Of a stretch of 32,000 bases of DNA, positions 1 to 8,937 are shown piece by piece; within the stretch, counting starts at the first letter, position 1, and each line of letters starts with the position of its first letter. The notes under the pieces are model-generated. The model was not told the origin of the DNA. It saw only the letters and a program-made list of their open reading frames with translations, and did not search any database. The position numbers and the translations under genes are program-made. Origin of the DNA: Candidatus Saccharimonadota bacterium (GTDB taxonomy: Bacteria > Pseudomonadota > Gammaproteobacteria > Enterobacterales > Enterobacteriaceae); the NCBI RefSeq assembly GCF_964059045.1, contig NZ_OZ060402.1:150001-182000 (forward strand), written 5' to 3'.

Positions 1-181
1 TTGCATAAGGAGGACCATCATGAAGAAAAAATATTGGGTTGTTATTTTTTTGAATTCTAATTTTTTCATATAAATTATTTTGGTTCCATTGTTTTAGTAT
101 TTGTTCTTCTTTGATTTTTAAATTACCTTTCATAGAAAATTTTGTTTTTGGTAAATTTAGTGTGGATTTATAATCATTCAT
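1..181 (-). CDS. ileS: Isoleucine--tRNA ligase, N-terminal 60 codons only (gene continues beyond the window's left edge)
   Basis: Manual reverse-complement translation from the ATG at 181..179 gives [60 protein letters not shown]. This matches the E. coli IleS N-terminus as I recall it ([21 protein letters not shown]...[12 protein letters not shown]). The frame is open to position 1. It is absent from the ORF track because it is open-ended. Confidence 0.9.
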   Translation of the reverse strand, partial: MNDYKSTLNLPKTKFSMKGNLKIKEEQILKQWNQNNLYEKIRIQKNNNPIFFLHDGPPYA

Positions 182-644
182 ATATTATTTTCTCTTTTTT
201 AATATTTTTAAAAATATTTTTATAATTATATTTTTAAAAATTTTTGATACTGGTATACATAAAAATTACAATAAAATGATTATTTTATAAAAAAAATTAT
301 TTTATTAATAATATGGTTTTAATAAAAAATTTATTAACATAAAATTCAGAAAAAATGTTATTTAAAATTATTTTTGTATATATTAATTTTGTTTTTATTG
401 ATATAAATTTTTTATTTATTTTATCATAAATAATCAATTAAAATTATTGATAGATTTATTAATATAATTTTGTTTTAAAAAAATTTTAAAACAAATATTT
501 TTAGAATTTTTTCAATAGTCAATGGATTTTTTTTTGAATAATAATACTAATTTAAAATTTTTATTAGATTTTTTATTTTATATTTTAGTACTACTAATGA
601 TGATTTTTTTGGAACATTTATTAATTTTTATTATATATTATTTA

Positions 645-662
645 TTTTTTTTTTTTTTTTTT
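645..662. repeat. T18 homopolymer in the ileS-rpsT spacer (a second run, T13, lies at 1021-1033)
   Basis: Counted directly: T at 645-662 uninterrupted, and T at 1021-1033. Confidence 0.9.
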
Positions 663-1289
663 ATAATTCAAAGTTTTTTATGTTGTTGTATTAAAATAAA
701 GATCATCAAGAACAATTAGATAAGAAATATGTAATTATTCTAATAAAAGTCGATGAATAAAAATTATTATTTTTCATGATAAAAAATAAATATAATAATT
801 TATATATGATATATAAATTTATATTTTTAGATTTCTTGTTTTTTTTTAGATTTGTTTTAAAATAGTTTATTTTTTAATTTTTTAAATAATTTTAATAGTT
901 TTTTTGAAAACAATATTACTATAATTTTTTGATTTATTGTTTTTTATTTTTATTTTTTTCAAGAAATTTTTGAATTAGAGTTATATTCTATAAAATTTTT
1001 TTTAAAAAAATATGATTTTATTTTTTTTTTTTTGATATAATTGATGTTATTTATTTATTTTATAATAAATTGAATGTTAAATATTTTTTTTTCAACAATT
1101 TTTATTTTTATTTTTTTTTGATTTTTATATAATTTAATTATAATTAATTTTTTATATTTTATATAGAATTTTTTTTAAAATGAGTATATTCTCTTTTTAA
1201 AAACATTTAATTAATAATAAATTATTCATTAATAAAAAATTATTGATTGTTGTTGTGAAAATTATAATAAAAATACAAGAAGAACAAAA

Positions 1290-1553
1290 ATGGCTAATAT
1301 AAAATCATCTAAAAGAGATGCAACTTTATCTAAGAAAAAAAATATTCATAATGTTAGTAGGCGTTCTATGATTCGTACATTAATTAAAAGAGTTTATATG
1401 GCTATTGATTCAGGCGATAAAAATCAATCAGAAATCGCATTTAAAAAAATGCAGCCTGAATTGGATAGACAAGCAAATAAAGGTTTAATTCACAAAAATA
1501 AATCTGCTAGACATAAATCAAATCTAATATTACAAATAAAAAAATTATCTTAA
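1290..1553 (+). CDS. rpsT: 30S ribosomal protein S20
   Basis: The 87-aa [14 protein letters not shown]...[14 protein letters not shown]...[18 protein letters not shown] is collinear with E. coli S20 (MANIKSAKKRA...SRRSMMRTFIKKVY...[18 protein letters not shown]) and the same length. Confidence 0.95.
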   Translation: MANIKSSKRDATLSKKKNIHNVSRRSMIRTLIKRVYMAIDSGDKNQSEIAFKKMQPELDRQANKGLIHKNKSARHKSNLILQIKKLS

Positions 1554-1697
1554 TTGATGACTATAGTTAATATAAAAAAATAATTTTTATTTATAAATAT
1601 TTTTTGTTGATTTATATAAAATTATTAGAATTAATATAATATATTATCATTAATACTAATTATAATATTGTTGTTTATTAATTTATAATTTTTTATA

Positions 1698-1735
1698 AAA
1701 AGTATTGCGTCCAAAAATATTGGAGCAATACTTTT
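1698..1735. terminator. Bidirectional intrinsic-terminator-like hairpin between convergent rpsT and dnaJ
   Basis: 1698-1708 (AAAAGTATTGC) pairs with 1725-1735 (GCAATACTTTT), and 1710-1714 (TCCAA) pairs with 1720-1724 (TTGGA). There is a 1-nt bulge (G1709) and a 5-nt loop. The A-run on the 5' side and T-run on the 3' side give a U-tail on either strand. It lies 10 nt beyond the dnaJ stop. Confidence 0.6.
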
Positions 1736-1745
1736 AATACTCATA

Positions 1746-2876
1746 TTATCGTCTTAAATCATCAAAAAATCTTTTTACACCATCAAAGAATCGTTTTGAA
1801 CGAGGGCTATTTTTTTCTCCTTTGAAACCACCAAAACTTTCTCCTAGTTCATATAAAAGTGTTTTTTGTTTATCATTTAACTGAACAGGTGTTTCGACAA
1901 GAATACGACATAATAAATCTCCTTTCTTACCATTTCGTACTGATTTTACTCCTCTTCCACGTATACGAAATGATTTTCCTGATTGTGTACCAGATGGGAT
2001 TTTTAATTTTACTTTTCCATCTAATGTAGGTACTTCAATATCTCCCCCAAGAGCAGCCATGGAAAAATTTATAGGTACTTCACAGAATAGATTATTTTCT
2101 TCTCTTTCAAAAATGGGATGTTTTTTGACATGAATTTGAACGTATAAATCTCCTGAAGGTGCTCCTTGTTCGCCTGCTTCTCCTTCTTTATTTAATCTAA
2201 TTCTATCATTAGTATCAATTCCAGCTGGAATTTTAATAGATAATTTTTTTGGTTTTTCTATTCTTCCATGTCCATGACATGAATTGCATGGGTTTTGAAT
2301 CATAGTTTTTTTACCATGGCAAGTAGAACACGTTTGTTGAACTGTAAAAAATCCTTTTCTCATTTGTATTTGTCCTGAACCATGACAAGTTGGACAATTT
2401 TTTCTTTGTGTACCAGGAGTAGCACCACTTCCATAACATATACTACATTTTTGTAATATAGGTATACAAATTTCTTTTGTAATTCCACGAACAGCTTCTT
2501 CTAGTGATAGTTCCATATTATATTTCAAATCAGAACCTTGAACTGCTTGTGATTGTCTATTTCCTCCAAATATATCTCCAAATACATCACCAAAAATATC
2601 GCTAAAATCAGAGGTATTATTAAATGAACTATGAAAATTATTATTATTTTGCTGAAATGCACTATGTCCATATTGGTCATAAGCTGCACGTTTTTGAGAG
2701 TTAATTAATATTTCATAAGCTTCTTTAATTTCTTTAAATTGTAATTCAGCTTGTTTATCACCTTGATTACGATCAGGGTGATATTTCATTGCTAAACGTT
2801 TATAAGCTTTTTTGATGTCACGTTCTTCAGCTGATTTTGGAACTCCTAAAATTTCGTAGTAATCTTTTTTTGACAT
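1746..2876 (-). CDS. dnaJ: Chaperone protein DnaJ (Hsp40)
   Basis: 376 aa. It has the J-domain with HPD ([10 protein letters not shown]), a G/F region ([13 protein letters not shown]), four Cys-rich repeats ([32 protein letters not shown]) and the C-terminal substrate-binding domain. It lies immediately downstream of dnaK, as in E. coli. Confidence 0.97.
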   Translation of the reverse strand: MSKKDYYEILGVPKSAEERDIKKAYKRLAMKYHPDRNQGDKQAELQFKEIKEAYEILINSQKRAAYDQYGHSAFQQNNNNFHSSFNNTSDFSDIFGDVFGDIFGGNRQSQAVQGSDLKYNMELSLEEAVRGITKEICIPILQKCSICYGSGATPGTQRKNCPTCHGSGQIQMRKGFFTVQQTCSTCHGKKTMIQNPCNSCHGHGRIEKPKKLSIKIPAGIDTNDRIRLNKEGEAGEQGAPSGDLYVQIHVKKHPIFEREENNLFCEVPINFSMAALGGDIEVPTLDGKVKLKIPSGTQSGKSFRIRGRGVKSVRNGKKGDLLCRILVETPVQLNDKQKTLLYELGESFGGFKGEKNSPRSKRFFDGVKRFFDDLRR

Positions 2877-2905
2877 TGCTTACTTTTCCTGCTTTTAATA
2901 TGCGT

Positions 2906-2936
2906 TCACGGGCCTGGAAACATTCCACGCCCGTGA
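2906..2936 (-). promoter_or_regulatory. GC-rich stem-loop in the dnaK-dnaJ intercistronic spacer
   Basis: TCACGGGC (2906-2913) is the perfect complement of GCCCGTGA (2929-2936). Three further inner pairs (TGG/CCA) follow one mismatch, leaving a 7-nt loop. This is a G/C island in an otherwise AT-rich spacer. On the transcribed (minus) strand no U-run follows it, so it is not a classical terminator. Confidence 0.55.
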
Positions 2937-2988
2937 TGGTTTATTTACAGTTATTTATTTTAAACTGTTTTATCCAATTAGAAAAATA

Positions 2989-4902
2989 TTATTTTTTAGG
3001 GTCCTTTACTTCTTCAAATTCTGCATCTACAACATTTTCTTCAGGTTGAATAGAAGGTTTTTTTGCATCTGTTTCATGGTTTGTATTTTTTTGTTTAATG
3101 CATTCCATTAATTTTGAAGAAAGTTTTAATAATTTTTGTATATTATTTTCAATTTCACTTTTATCTTCTCCTTTCAGAGAATTATCTAATTGTTCTATTG
3201 TTTTTTTTATTTCTTCTTTATCTTGGATCTCTAATAAATCTCCATGTTCTTGAAGTTGTTTTTTAGTATTGTGAGAAATTTGATCACCTTGATTTCTAGT
3301 TTTGATTAGTTCTTCAAATTTTTTATCTGATTCGGCGTTTAATTCTGCATCATTTACCATTTTTTTAATTTCATTTTCATTTAAACCAGAAGATGCTTTT
3401 ATTGTTATTTTTTGTTCCTTTCCAGTATTTTTATCTTTAGCTGACACATGTAAAATACCATCTGCATCAATATCAAAAGTTACTTCAATTTGTGCCATTC
3501 CTCTCAGGGCAGGTTGAATACCATCTAAATTAAATTGTCCAAGAGATTTATTATCACTAGATCTTTTTCTCTCTCCTTGTAATACATGTATAGTCACTGC
3601 TGATTGATTATCTTCTGCAGTTGAAAATATTTGGCTATGTTTTGTTGGAATAGTGGTATTTTTATTAATTAATGTTGTCATAATACCACCCATAGTTTCA
3701 ATTCCTAAAGAGAGTGGTGTAACATCTAGTAATAAAACATCTTTAACTTCTCCAGATAGCACTCCTCCTTGAACAGCAGCTCCAACAGCCACAGCTTCAT
3801 CTGGATTAACGTCTTTTCTTGGTTCTTTTCCAAAAAATGAAGCAACTTTGCTTTGTACTAATGGCATTCTTGTTTGACCGCCAACTAAGATTATATCATC
3901 AATATTAGATATTGATAAATTTGCATCTTTTAGGGCTGTTTTTAATGGATTAATAGAACGTAAAACAAGATCTTCGACTAAAGATTCTAATTTAGATCGA
4001 GTTACTTTTATGTTAAAATGTTTAGGTCCATTAGAATCAGCTGTGATATACGGTAGATTAACATCTGTTTGTTGTGTAGAGGATAATTCTATTTTTGCTT
4101 TTTCAGCTGCTTCTTTTAAACGTTGCATAGCTAATGGATCATTGCGAAGATCCATTCCTTGTTCTTTTTTAAATTCTTGAACTAAATAATTAATTAATCG
4201 ACTATCAAAATCTTCGCCTCCTAAATGTGTATCTCCATTAGTCGCTAGTACTTCAAAAGTTTTTTCTTTATCTACTTCATCTATTTCAATAATAGATATA
4301 TCAAAAGTTCCACCACCTAAATCATATACTGCAATAGTTCTGTTACCTTGACCTTTATCTAATCCGTATGCTAAAGCTGCAGCAGTTGGTTCGTTGATGA
4401 TTCGTTTGATTTCCATGCCTGCAATTCTGCCAGCATCTTTTGTTGCTTGTCTTTGTGCATCATTAAAGTATGCTGGTACTGTAATAACAGCTTCAGTAAC
4501 AGTTTCACCAAGATATTCTTCTGCAGTTTTTTTCATTTTTTTTAGTACTTCTGCAGATATTTGAGGTGGTGCTATTTTTTTATTTTTGACGTCAATCCAT
4601 GCATCTCCATTATTGGACTTTACAATTTTATATGGCATGATTTTAATATCACGTTGTACTTCTTCGTCTTGGAATCTTCTACCAATAAGTCTTTTAATTG
4701 CAAATAAAGTATTTTGAGGATTTGTAATGGCTTGACGTTTTGCTGGTTGCCCGACTAATATTTCTCCTTCTTTAGTATATGCAATAATAGAAGGTGTAGT
4801 ACGATCTCCTTCTGAATTTTCCAATACTCGTGCTTTATTGCCGTCCATAATAGCGACACAAGAGTTGGTTGTGCCCAAGTCTATACCAATAATTTTACCC
4901 AT
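2989..4902 (-). CDS. dnaK: Chaperone protein DnaK (Hsp70)
   Basis: The ORF-track protein contains [21 protein letters not shown]... after a 15-aa upstream extension. I place the start at the ATG at 4902, by homology to E. coli DnaK ([21 protein letters not shown]) and an AGGAG Shine-Dalgarno 8 nt upstream (minus-strand ..caacAGGAGaaatggttaATG). Hsp70 signatures are present throughout. Confidence 0.97.
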   Translation of the reverse strand: MGKIIGIDLGTTNSCVAIMDGNKARVLENSEGDRTTPSIIAYTKEGEILVGQPAKRQAITNPQNTLFAIKRLIGRRFQDEEVQRDIKIMPYKIVKSNNGDAWIDVKNKKIAPPQISAEVLKKMKKTAEEYLGETVTEAVITVPAYFNDAQRQATKDAGRIAGMEIKRIINEPTAAALAYGLDKGQGNRTIAVYDLGGGTFDISIIEIDEVDKEKTFEVLATNGDTHLGGEDFDSRLINYLVQEFKKEQGMDLRNDPLAMQRLKEAAEKAKIELSSTQQTDVNLPYITADSNGPKHFNIKVTRSKLESLVEDLVLRSINPLKTALKDANLSISNIDDIILVGGQTRMPLVQSKVASFFGKEPRKDVNPDEAVAVGAAVQGGVLSGEVKDVLLLDVTPLSLGIETMGGIMTTLINKNTTIPTKHSQIFSTAEDNQSAVTIHVLQGERKRSSDNKSLGQFNLDGIQPALRGMAQIEVTFDIDADGILHVSAKDKNTGKEQKITIKASSGLNENEIKKMVNDAELNAESDKKFEELIKTRNQGDQISHNTKKQLQEHGDLLEIQDKEEIKKTIEQLDNSLKGEDKSEIENNIQKLLKLSSKLMECIKQKNTNHETDAKKPSIQPEENVVDAEFEEVKDPKK

Positions 4903-5030
4903 TAACCATTTCTCCTGTTGAATATTTTTATAAATTGGGTTATTCAACTGTTATGCAGCCATTTTTTTGGCTTTTAACGAGCTAAACAAATTTTTTATAT
5001 TTTATATTAAAAATTTAAGTGAATAACCAT

Positions 5031-5060
5031 TAAATGGGGTCTTTTTATCTCTCATCAAGG
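5031..5060 (-). promoter_or_regulatory. Sigma-32 (RpoH) heat-shock promoter for dnaK-dnaJ
   Basis: The minus strand reads aaCCTTGATgagagataaaaagaCCCCATTTAat. The -35 is CTTGAT (complement of 5054-5059), followed by a 14-nt spacer and the -10 CCCCATTTA (complement of 5031-5039). Elements and spacing are the same as E. coli dnaK P1 as I recall it (CCCTTGATgacgtggtttacgaCCCCATTTA). It lies about 130 nt upstream of the dnaK ATG. Confidence 0.75.
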
Positions 5061-5160
5061 TTCAAGTTAAAAAAATACTAAGTTTAGTATGAATATATGA
5101 TGTAATATCGATAATATTATTTTTTATATTGTAAATATTATACTATAAATTATTATTTTA

Positions 5161-5199
5161 ATTTTTTGTAAATATTTTATAAATATTTACAAAAAATTA
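5161..5199. repeat. 39-bp perfect inverted repeat (18-bp arms, 3-nt centre) in the dnaK/nuoA divergent control region
   Basis: AATTTTTTGTAAATATTT (5161-5178) is the exact reverse complement of AAATATTTACAAAAAATT (5182-5199). I checked it base by base. Confidence 0.85.
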
Positions 5200-5374
5200 A
5201 AATAAAAATGATTTACAATTTATAGCATATAGAAATATTATATTTTATAAAGATTTTCTTCAAGATATTGATTTTTTTTTAATGTTTTTGATGAAATATT
5301 TTATTTTTTTTAAAATTTTTTAAAATAACATGTTTAAAGTTTAAAAAATATATAAAAATTAGGAAAATGTATTA

Positions 5375-5767
5375 ATGAATAAAAATTGTATTTTTTTATA
5401 TTTGCCTTTTATTGCGTTTATTATATCTGCATTTTTAATTTGTATTTTTATGTTATTTTGTGGTTGGTTTTTAGGTGGAATAGCAAACTCGAGGTATAAA
5501 CACACTCCTTTTGAATCAGGCATCGTTGGTTTAGGTAATACTCATATTCGTGTTTCTATAAAATTTTATTTAATAGCTATGTGTTTTTTAATTTTTGATG
5601 TTGAAACAGTATATTTATATGCATGGATTACTACTATTAATGATACTAAATGGATTGGTTTTTTTGAAATTTTAATTTTTATTATCGAGTTATTGATAGG
5701 ATTGATTTATTTAGTTCGTTTAGGTTGTTTTAATTGGAACACTAAAAAAAATAATATTAAATATTAA
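5375..5767 (+). CDS. nuoA: NADH-quinone oxidoreductase subunit A
   Basis: 130 aa with 3 predicted TM segments. The stretch GGWFLGG...PFESGI...KFYLIAMCFLIFDVETVYLYAW matches E. coli NuoA. It is the first gene of the nuo operon. Confidence 0.93.
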   Translation: MNKNCIFLYLPFIAFIISAFLICIFMLFCGWFLGGIANSRYKHTPFESGIVGLGNTHIRVSIKFYLIAMCFLIFDVETVYLYAWITTINDTKWIGFFEILIFIIELLIGLIYLVRLGCFNWNTKKNNIKY

Positions 5768-5820
5768 TTTTTTTATATTTTTTATATTTAAATAATATTT
5801 ATATTAATAATTAATGATTA

Positions 5821-6501
5821 ATGGATACATATATGAATTATACTTTAACTAATGTAAATGAACAAGATAAAAAAAATCATTCAAAAATAACAACAAAAAA
5901 AAAATCTGATAGTTTTTTAAAAAAAATATTAAAAAATAATATTTATATGGGTAAAATTAGTCATTCTTTAAATAAAATGGTTAATTGGGGAAGAAAAAAT
6001 TCTTTGTGGCCATATAATTTTGGTTTGTCTTGTTGTTATGTAGAAATGGTTACTTCATTTACAGCTGTACATGATATAAGTCGTTTTGGATCAGAAGTTT
6101 TAAGAGCTTCACCAAGGCAAGCAGATTTTATGGTAATTGCAGGAACACCATTTATAAAAATGGCACCTATTATAAAACGTTTATATGATCAAATGTTAGA
6201 ACCAAAATGGGTAATTTCTATGGGTGCATGTGCTAATTCTGGAGGAATGTATGATATTTATTCTGTAGTGCAAGGGATAGACAAAATACTACCAGTAGAT
6301 ATATATATTCCTGGTTGTCCTCCTCGTCCAGAAGCATATATTGAAGCGTTAATGCTTTTACAAAAACATATTTCAAAAGAAAAAAGACCATTATCTTGGA
6401 TTATAGGAGATCAGAAAGTTCATAAAAAAGAGTCAATTATTTCAAAAAAAAATCAAAGAAAAAAGAAAATTATTTCTATGATTACTCAATCTAGTGAATA
6501 A
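5821..6501 (+). CDS. nuoB: NADH-quinone oxidoreductase subunit B
   Basis: [35 protein letters not shown] and [10 protein letters not shown] are near-identical to E. coli NuoB, including the N2 cluster cysteines. An alternative start at 5833 (MNYTLT, compare E. coli MDYTLT) is possible. Confidence 0.95.
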   Translation: MDTYMNYTLTNVNEQDKKNHSKITTKKKSDSFLKKILKNNIYMGKISHSLNKMVNWGRKNSLWPYNFGLSCCYVEMVTSFTAVHDISRFGSEVLRASPRQADFMVIAGTPFIKMAPIIKRLYDQMLEPKWVISMGACANSGGMYDIYSVVQGIDKILPVDIYIPGCPPRPEAYIEALMLLQKHISKEKRPLSWIIGDQKVHKKESIISKKNQRKKKIISMITQSSE

Positions 6502-6611
6502 ATGATGATTATTGTAGTTATAATTAGATGGCATATTTATATTATATAATTAAATTATAGCTATAATTTTATTTTTTGAAAATATATGAGTTACTTATAC
6601 TATAAATTAAG

Positions 6612-8423
6612 ATGAATAATTTTATGACAAAAAAAATCAGTAAAAATAAAAATTTACAATGCAATTTATTTAATGATTATTCAGATAATTTAATTATTAG
6701 TGAATTATTATTGTTATTTAAAGAAAAAATTTTTTTTATTCAATCTAGTAAAATAGGTTTTCCTATTCTATGGATTGATAAAGATAGTTTATTAAATATT
6801 GTAAATTTTTTAAGTAATATATCCAATGCGTATAAAATGTTATTTGATTTACATGGAATTGACGAACGTTGTAGAATTCATAAACCAAAATTACAAAAAT
6901 CTCATTTTACAGTTTTTTATCATTTTTTATCTATTCAAAATAATAGTGATATTATTTTGAAAATTGGTTTATTAGAACATGATCTTTGTGTTCCAACACT
7001 AACAACATTATTTCCTAATGCAAATTGGTATGAAAGAGAAGTATGGGATATGTTTGGGATTAAATTTATAGGTCATCCGAATTTATCTCGTTTAATTATG
7101 CCAAAAAATTGGAAAGGTCATCCTTTAAGAAAAGATTATCCTGCTCGAGCAACAGATTCTCATATTTTTAAATTAACAGCAGAAAAAGAAGATGAAGAAA
7201 TGGATTCTTTGATTTTTGAACCAGAACAATGGGGGATGAAAAGAGAAAGTAAGAATTCTGATTTTATGTTTTTAAATTTAGGACCAAATCATCCATCTGC
7301 ACATGGGGCGTTTAGAATTGTATTACAGTTAAAAGGAGAACATATAATTGATTGTGTTCCAGATATAGGATATCACCATAGAGGTGCAGAAAAAATGGGA
7401 GAAAGGCAATCGTGGCATACGTATATTCCTTATACTGATAGAATTGAATATTTAGGAGGGTGTGTCAATGAAATGCCATATATACTAGCAGTAGAAAAAC
7501 TAGCCGATATCATTGTTCCTGAAAGAGCTCAAGTAATTCGAATATTATTGTCTGAATTATTTCGTATTAATAGTCATTTATTGTATATATCTACTTTTAT
7601 TCAAGATGTTGGATCTATGACTCCAGTTTTTCTTGCTTTTACTGATCGACAAAAAATATATGATTTAGTAGAAGCTATTACAGGTGCTAGAATGCATCCT
7701 GCTTGGTTTAGAATTGGTGGTGTAGCAGATGATTTACCTAAAGATTGGTATATTTTATTACGTGAATTTTTAAATTGGATGCCTAAAAGATTAGATTATT
7801 ATGTCAATTCTGCTTTAAAAAATAGTATTTTAATTGCTCGATCTAAAGGTGTTGCTGCATACAATAAACACGAAGCGTTATCTTGGGGGGTAACTGGGGC
7901 AGGTTTAAGAGCTACTGGTATAAATTTTGATATTAGAAAAAATCGTCCTTATTCTGGTTATGAAAATTTTTCTTTTGAAATACCAGTTGGTGATGGTGTT
8001 AGTGATTGTTATTCTAGAGTAATGTTAAAAGTGTATGAAATAAGAGAAAGTTTAAATATTTTAAAACAATGTTTAAAAAACATGCCAGAAGGAAAATTTA
8101 AAGCGGATCATCCTTTAACTACACCTCCTGATAAATATCAAGTTTTAAATCATATTGAAACTTTAATTACTCATTTTTTACATGTTTCTTGGGGCCCTAA
8201 AATACCTCAAGGAGAAAGTTTTCAAATGATTGAAGCAACAAAAGGTATTAATAGTTATTATTTAATTAGCGATAATAATACTACTAGCTATCGGACAAGA
8301 ATAAGAACTCCTAGTTTTCCTCATTTACAACAGATACCTGCTGTAATTCGTGGAAATTTAATATCAGATTTGATAGTTTATTTAGGTAGTATTGATTTTG
8401 TCATGTCAGATGTGGATCGATAA
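6612..8423 (+). CDS. nuoC: NADH-quinone oxidoreductase subunit C/D (fused)
   Basis: 603 aa, collinear with the fused E. coli NuoCD: [56 protein letters not shown], and the C-terminus [13 protein letters not shown]. Confidence 0.97.
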   Translation: MNNFMTKKISKNKNLQCNLFNDYSDNLIISELLLLFKEKIFFIQSSKIGFPILWIDKDSLLNIVNFLSNISNAYKMLFDLHGIDERCRIHKPKLQKSHFTVFYHFLSIQNNSDIILKIGLLEHDLCVPTLTTLFPNANWYEREVWDMFGIKFIGHPNLSRLIMPKNWKGHPLRKDYPARATDSHIFKLTAEKEDEEMDSLIFEPEQWGMKRESKNSDFMFLNLGPNHPSAHGAFRIVLQLKGEHIIDCVPDIGYHHRGAEKMGERQSWHTYIPYTDRIEYLGGCVNEMPYILAVEKLADIIVPERAQVIRILLSELFRINSHLLYISTFIQDVGSMTPVFLAFTDRQKIYDLVEAITGARMHPAWFRIGGVADDLPKDWYILLREFLNWMPKRLDYYVNSALKNSILIARSKGVAAYNKHEALSWGVTGAGLRATGINFDIRKNRPYSGYENFSFEIPVGDGVSDCYSRVMLKVYEIRESLNILKQCLKNMPEGKFKADHPLTTPPDKYQVLNHIETLITHFLHVSWGPKIPQGESFQMIEATKGINSYYLISDNNTTSYRTRIRTPSFPHLQQIPAVIRGNLISDLIVYLGSIDFVMSDVDR

Positions 8424-8427
8424 AAAT

Positions 8428-8937
8428 ATGTGTAAATTAATTAATCAAAATAAGTTAATCAATAAAAATTTTCAGTTGAGTTTAAGTGAAATAGAAGAAA
8501 TTGAAGTTCAAAAATCTCAATATGAAGATAATCGCGCAGCTATAATTGAAGTTTTAAAAATTGTTCAAAAGTTTAGAGGATGGATTTCGACAGATTCGGT
8601 GTATGCTATTTCTCGAATATTAAATATTACAGCAAGTGATATAGAAGAAGTAGCTACATTTTATAGTAACATATATAGATCTCCTGTTGGTCGTAATATA
8701 GTAAAATATTGTGATAGCATGGTTTGTTATATTACAGGTTATATAGAAATTAAAAATTTTTTAGAAAATTTTTTAAAAATTAAAACTGGACAAACTACTA
8801 TAGATCAACGTTTTACTTTATTACCTACGTGTTGTTTGGGTGCTTGTGATCGTTCACCAGTAATAATGATAAATGATGAAACTTACTTTAATGTAAAAAT
8901 AGAAACGATATCTAATTTATTGGAGAAATATCAATGA
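8428..8937 (+). CDS. nuoE: NADH-quinone oxidoreductase subunit E
   Basis: The 2Fe-2S motifs [10 protein letters not shown] and [14 protein letters not shown] are present. The ORF-track start (8392) would overlap nuoC by 32 nt. The ATG at 8428 gives 169 aa against about 166 aa in E. coli and begins 5 nt after the nuoC stop. Confidence 0.92.
   Translation: MCKLINQNKLINKNFQLSLSEIEEIEVQKSQYEDNRAAIIEVLKIVQKFRGWISTDSVYAISRILNITASDIEEVATFYSNIYRSPVGRNIVKYCDSMVCYITGYIEIKNFLENFLKIKTGQTTIDQRFTLLPTCCLGACDRSPVIMINDETYFNVKIETISNLLEKYQ

Noticed and set aside
190-199. Direct repeat TTCTCTTTTT at both ends of the ileS-rpsT spacer (190-199 and 1189-1198), possibly target-site-like
   Set aside because: It is only 10 nt. 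The left copy is simply the complement of the ileS ribosome-binding region (AAGAGAA). No terminal inverted repeats or transposase remnants lie between the copies. This is insufficient to call a mobile-element scar.
522-719. 65-aa ORF in the ileS-rpsT spacer (MDFFLNNNTNLKF...FFFFFFII...)
   Set aside because: It is an F/I/L/N-rich translation of A/T low-complexity DNA that includes the T18 run. It has no recognisable Shine-Dalgarno sequence and no recognisable family. It is the expected by-product of stop-poor T-rich sequence.
2837-3049. 70-aa plus-strand ORF spanning the dnaJ start, the dnaK-dnaJ spacer and the dnaK end
   Set aside because: It is antisense to two highly conserved genes and reads through the GC hairpin. 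It is a shadow ORF with no independent support.
3302-3517. Antisense or out-of-frame ORFs inside conserved genes: 3302..3517, 9395..9655, 9931..10167, 14659..14847, 16804..16998, 18269..18478, 19877..20083, 23606..23803, 23927..24136, 24407..24607
   Set aside because: Each lies wholly or largely within a well-supported CDS, either on the opposite strand or in another frame. They are short, compositionally biased and lack recognisable motifs.
4903-4947. ORF-track N-terminal extensions of dnaK (15 aa), prfA (20 aa, 25261-25320), nuoE (12 aa, 8392-8427) and nuoJ (17 aa, 14594-14644)
   Set aside because: The extensions have no counterpart in the E. coli orthologues. In nuoE and nuoJ they would overlap the preceding gene. 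The internal ATGs align exactly with the orthologous N-termini. These extensions occur simply because no in-frame stop lies just upstream of the true start.
4957-4975. Small hairpin AGCCA-TTTTTT-TGGCT followed by TTT in the dnaK 5' UTR region
   Set aside because: It has only a 5-bp stem. On the plus strand there is nothing upstream to terminate, and on the minus strand it lacks a U-tail. It is probably incidental, though it could be minor 5' UTR structure.
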